DNA from: Mobula hypostoma
Taxonomy: Eukaryota
Assembly (NCBI RefSeq): GCF_963921235.1
Contig: NC_086107.1
Coordinates: 100,318,001 to 100,382,000, forward strand
Reading direction: 5' to 3'
Length of the DNA: 64,000 nt
This document shows positions 59,768 through 64,000 of the stretch, piece by piece (positions within the stretch are counted from its first letter, which is position 1; each line of letters starts with the position of its first letter). The notes under the pieces are model-generated. The model was not told the DNA's origin and searched no databases. It saw only the letters and a list, made by a program, of their open reading frames with translations. A program made the position numbers and the translations under genes.

Positions 59768-61308
59768 AAAGGAATGAACAGTTGACATTTTGGGCCAAGA
59801 GCCTTCATCAGGAGGGTCTCCTTTAATTACGTCCCCATGAAGTGCCTCAACCTGAAACATCAACTGTTTACCCTTTCCACAGATGCTGCCTGACCTGCTG
59901 AGTTCCTCCAGCATTTTGTGCATGTATTGCTGTCTGATCTGCTGAGTATTTCCAGTACTTTGTGTTGTATTAATGATTAATATAACCTCCATAAAGATGC
60001 AAAAGCACGTGATGACCAAGTTAGTGCAATGAAATAGTTACAATGAGGTAAGACTACATTTGGTTTTCACACACCTATGAATGACTCCAAGCCCATGACA
60101 GACTGAGTGCAATGATTTCAAAGGTAGCCCTGCAAATCAGTTGCCAAGAGACAGCAAAAGCTGGAATCTGGAACAAAAAAATAAATAAACTGCTGAAAGA
60201 ACTCAGTGGGTCAAGCAGCATCTGTGGAGGCAAAAGGTACGTATCAACATTTCCCATCAACACCATGCAACAGTCCTGCTGATTTCTTTCAGCAATTTAT
60301 TTTTTGATCCATTTGCCAAGAGAACTGGGTCCGGACCATAAAATGCAGCCTTGCCAATGTCAGGCATGTTTCAAGATTAAACTAAGTAATTACAAAACCA
60401 GCTAATGCCCACGTTTCAGTAGAACTCAAGGAAAAGCAAAAAAAAAACAAGCAAGATCAAAGTTTCTGGGATTCATATTTCCAACCTGTTGATGCCTGTA
60501 TTAGGGTTTAACTTGAGTAAAAGATTTGGGACCTCTAGTGAATTTGGAAGCTCTAACTGAAGACAGTCATGCTATATTTATGCCATGATTGGAAAAAAGT
60601 ACAGTATCATGGAATCCACAAAAAACATCAAAATAAAAGAAAGCCACTTGATGTCTCATGTTGTGACGCTACCCAGCCTAAACCTACCTTCTAAAGTAGG
60701 GGTTCCCAACCTTTTTTATGCCATGGACCAATAGCATTAAGCAAGAGATCTGTGGACCCCAGGTTTAGAAACCCTGTTCTAAGCAAGGTCCACAGACTTG
60801 CTGATCAGTACTCTTCAAGTACTCATCGAACTACTTTTAAAATTAACAAAGTTATGGCCCACTTATACCAACTCCCAATATCAATTAGCAAAATATTACG
60901 AAATGTAAAATCTGAAGTAAAACATAAAATGCTCCAAAAAGTCAACATAGCATGTAGTGTCCATCAAGAGATGTTGTCTGATCTCAAACGAGAGAAAATC
61001 TGCCGATGCTGGAAATCCAAAACAACACACACAAAACGCTGAAGGAACTCAGCAGGCCAGTCAGCATCTACGGAAAGGAATGAACAGTCAACATTTCGGG
61101 CCAAGAGCCTTCATCAGGAGGGTCTCCTTTAATTACGTCCCCATGAAGTGCCTCAACCCGAAACATCAATTGTTTACCCTTTCCACAGATGCTGCTTGAC
61201 CTGCTGAGTTCCTCCAGCATTTTGTGCATGTATTGCTGTCTGATCTGCTGAGTATTTCCAGTACTTTGTGTTGTATTAATGATTAATATAACCTCCATAA
61301 AGATGCAA
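59768..61308 (+). repeat. 235-bp dispersed direct duplication: 59768-60002 and 61074-61308
   Basis: About 6 mismatches; includes a Penelope fold-back remnant plus adjacent flank. Confidence 0.9.
60697..60776. mobile_element. hAT-type MITE (45478 family), TSD ttctaaag/ttctaagc
   Basis: TIRs and internal sequence match 45478-45557. Confidence 0.8.
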
Positions 61309-61324
61309 TGAAACAGTACTAAAC

Positions 61325-61604
61325 GGGCCGGCTGGTGGCACAGTGACATCGGTGCCGGACCCGGGAGCGGAGGTTCCCGGGTTCGAAACCAGTCGGGTCC
61401 GCTCCTGAGTACGCTTTCCATCTGTGTCGGGTTGAATGTCGAGATCGCAACTTGACCTCGTAAAATAAAGAGAAAATACTGCAAAAATGTCTGTGTGAGG
61501 AGTGGCCACACAGCCTCTCTCTCTCGCTCCGCGCCTTGTAAAAAGCCATGAAAAAGACATCATCACGGACACACGCACGCACGCAGGCACACGCCAAAAA
61601 AGAA
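61325..61604 (+). mobile_element. Young CpG-rich tRNA-derived SINE with A-rich tail and 15-bp TSD
   Basis: A box tggcacagtga, B box ggttcgaaacc; TSD gaaacagtac(t/c)aaac at 61310-61324 and 61605-61619. Confidence 0.87.
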
Positions 61605-64000
61605 GAAACAGTACCAAACTAATTGGAAAGCCAGTCACTATTCAACTTGCGAATGCAATAAATGGCAAGGAAATATAAAAAGGAAATTGAGAAAGTTAAC
61701 CTTTATTCATAGAGCAATTGCCAGAACAACAGGAAGACCCAATTAAAAGGAAAACACGAAGATGACTTTACATCAGTGTCCACAGTCGAGAAGTCTTCGA
61801 TCAAAGTGTTTGTGTGTGTCACTGAAAATGCTGGCAAAACACAGCATGTCAGGCAGCATTGTAGAAAGAGAAACAGGGAACCTTTCAAGTCAGGGACTCT
61901 CCATCACAATAGCTGCGCTTTTCCAATCATTTTCTGTTCTACTTCAGACCTTCAGCATCAGTTGATTTAAAAAAATTTTTTGAGTAAGTTCTGAAGCTGC
62001 AAAACCCTTCATTGTTTAAGAATTAAATAAAAATATCAATAGTTGATATCCAGGTCCACAAAAAGTGCTTGGGCAAGACAACTGGCAAAATCCTTGCATC
62101 TACATGAACCAACAGCATCGGAATTGGCGTCCATCACAAGAACCAGTAATCAAACTGCAAAGTAGGAAAAAAAGTGTAATATTTGGCTACGAGAGAGGAA
62201 GAACAAGCTGACGTTTAAGACGTACAGTAGACTGACTGTATATCAGATGCCTCCGAGTGTATCAGGTACTTATTAACAAGGGGGAAATTTTCACAAGAAT
62301 CAAAATGCCACAGCGCAAGAGTACCACAATATCAAAACTTTTAACCCTTAGTAAAATAACAGTATCTGCAGAGATGCAGGAATGTTTTTCTCTCCTGATG
62401 ACAAAAAAATTAAATCCGATGTATCCCCTGATGTGTTTAATTAATGAGGATGATTCCAACTTTCTGTTCAACCTCTACTAACTGAATTTCATCACGGGCT
62501 TCTACACAAGAAAATATCCTGTACCATCAGTCAAATTAGGAAAAGAAATAAGAGGCTATTCAGCCCTTTGCCATCTACTGAGATCTAGCTGATCTCTACC
62601 ACGACTTCATTTATCCAAATCATAGCATTGAAGTTTGGGCTGACACATCAGTATAGTGCTAAGTGCTTTGCTTTCTTGGATGAAACATTAAACTAAAAGC
62701 ACTTCACTCTCTCAGACAGACATTAAAAAAATCCTTTGCACTCATTTGAGAATATCCCTTGAATTCCTGCCAATATTTATTCCTGAAATAGCTCTTCTAA
62801 GCAGGCCATTCTAACACTGCTGCTTGTGGGAAATTACAATGGATAAATTGACTGCCACAGCACAGATCCAACAACAGGGTAACTTCTATCCTGGTTTACA
62901 AGTGCTCGAGGGCACCCTGAAAAGGATGTGAAAGGCATTATACAAGTGCAATGTTTTAATGGCCAGTTATCAGGACTTAGGTCCCGGCAAAACCACATCA
63001 ATAATTCAAGTTTCTCAGTCAATAGCCCATGAAGACCCTCGATGTTATTTCAGAAGGATCATTACTTCAGCTGCCAACCAAGACATGCAGCAATGAGTCG
63101 GTTCAACAGAACAACAATGCCAGCAGCAGTGGGATTCTCTGGCAATTTCTCAGCGAGGGAAGCCATTATTCCAAGCAGCAACAAATAAACAATTCCTAAA
63201 CTATCACTGCGTCTAATGCAGGTCCCAAGTTTCAAGCTTTGGTTACAGTGATTAGCAGAACAGGTCAACACTCAATAAAAGTATTCAAATGCATAGCAGA
63301 CAGCAAGTCTTTGGAGAAGATGAGGAGATAGTCGGGATAGAGGGAGGTACGAGTCAGTGATAATGACTTGGGGAATGTGAATGAATCAGTGGAATAGTTC
63401 AGAAGAGTCCTCTTTCTCCCATGAAATGGAAAAGGCCCCATGCATTTGGTGGACTTGAAGAGCTTTACTGGGCCGGTGGACAGTACAGAAGTTCTTGCTA
63501 GCAAAAGAGATCAAAGGTCATTGTGGAAGTGGCTGATTCTCTGGACCAGCAGAGGATCTGAGGAAATGAGAAAAGGACACAAAGAATGTACGCGACAGTC
63601 AAGGGGTTGTTATTAGGGTGAGAGAGGATGATGGGTCAGCGAGGTGGTGATGGAGTAGGGTTATAGGAGGAGGAGGAGAGGGAACTGGGGTAAACGGGAT
63701 GGAGCAAGGGAGAAGACAACACACCACAGTCGATGGTGGGTCAAGTCAGTAAAAGATACGGACTGAACGACCGGGTTAACAGAGGTGATGTAACTCGGCA
63801 GTTTCAGTGGGGGAAGAAGGGTTTACGCCAACGCCAGCATGGACAGTATGGTGTTGGTCACAACCCCATACATTCCATCAGTCAATGGGGTTCAAATCCT
63901 GGCACAGATGATGAGGATCGTGAGGAGATGAAGTGATTAATTGGGGGGAGGGGGGGAAGTTACCCATTATGGCCCATTGGTCAATGGGAAACACAACTTG

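Noticed and set aside
61325..61400. Possible tRNA gene
   Set aside because: A and B boxes are present, but it continues into a SINE body, A-rich tail and TSD, with no convincing cloverleaf or T-run terminator.
58521..64000. First coding exon or promoter of ubinuclein
   Set aside because: No N-terminal UBN motif and no CpG island found; presumably beyond the window.
63265..64000. Possible highly decayed L1-like RT remnant on the minus strand
   Set aside because: Only a faint SLYPDYLLIF resemblance to the YADD region; too weak to call without an alignment.

Overview
Vertebrate genomic DNA, most likely a cartilaginous fish. That is inferred from the repeat landscape (CR1, Rex1/Babar, Neptune-type Penelope, V-SINE-like, Tc1) and is not proven. 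Almost the whole window is one minus-strand gene, a ubinuclein (UBN1/UBN2 family, HIRA histone-H3.3 chaperone subunit). I traced 14 phase-consistent GT-AG coding exons from 58520 down to 4007 (3481 nt, ~1160 codons). The N-terminal exon was not found and presumably lies beyond 64000; the terminal exon is uncertain (candidate at 3515). Introns are packed with nested transposons. Main observations: (1) four intact-looking minimal hammerhead ribozyme motifs in Penelope 3' ends, three sense to the ubinuclein pre-mRNA and two of those 2.13 kb apart in one intron; (2) a TSD-flanked ~250-bp fold-back element with one hammerhead on each strand, plus many older relatives; (3) a 1.64-kb intronic inversion with 10-bp microhomology that split a Tc1 TIR; (4) a composite Tc1-type MITE built from two hairpin units carrying a LINE tail; (5) a young 5'-truncated L1 with an unbroken ORF; (6) gene-level oddities: mosaic UBN1/UBN2 features, an SPK heptad repeat and an 11-aa exon extension. 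Everything was read by eye. Boundaries of old repeats are approximate and human comparisons are from memory.
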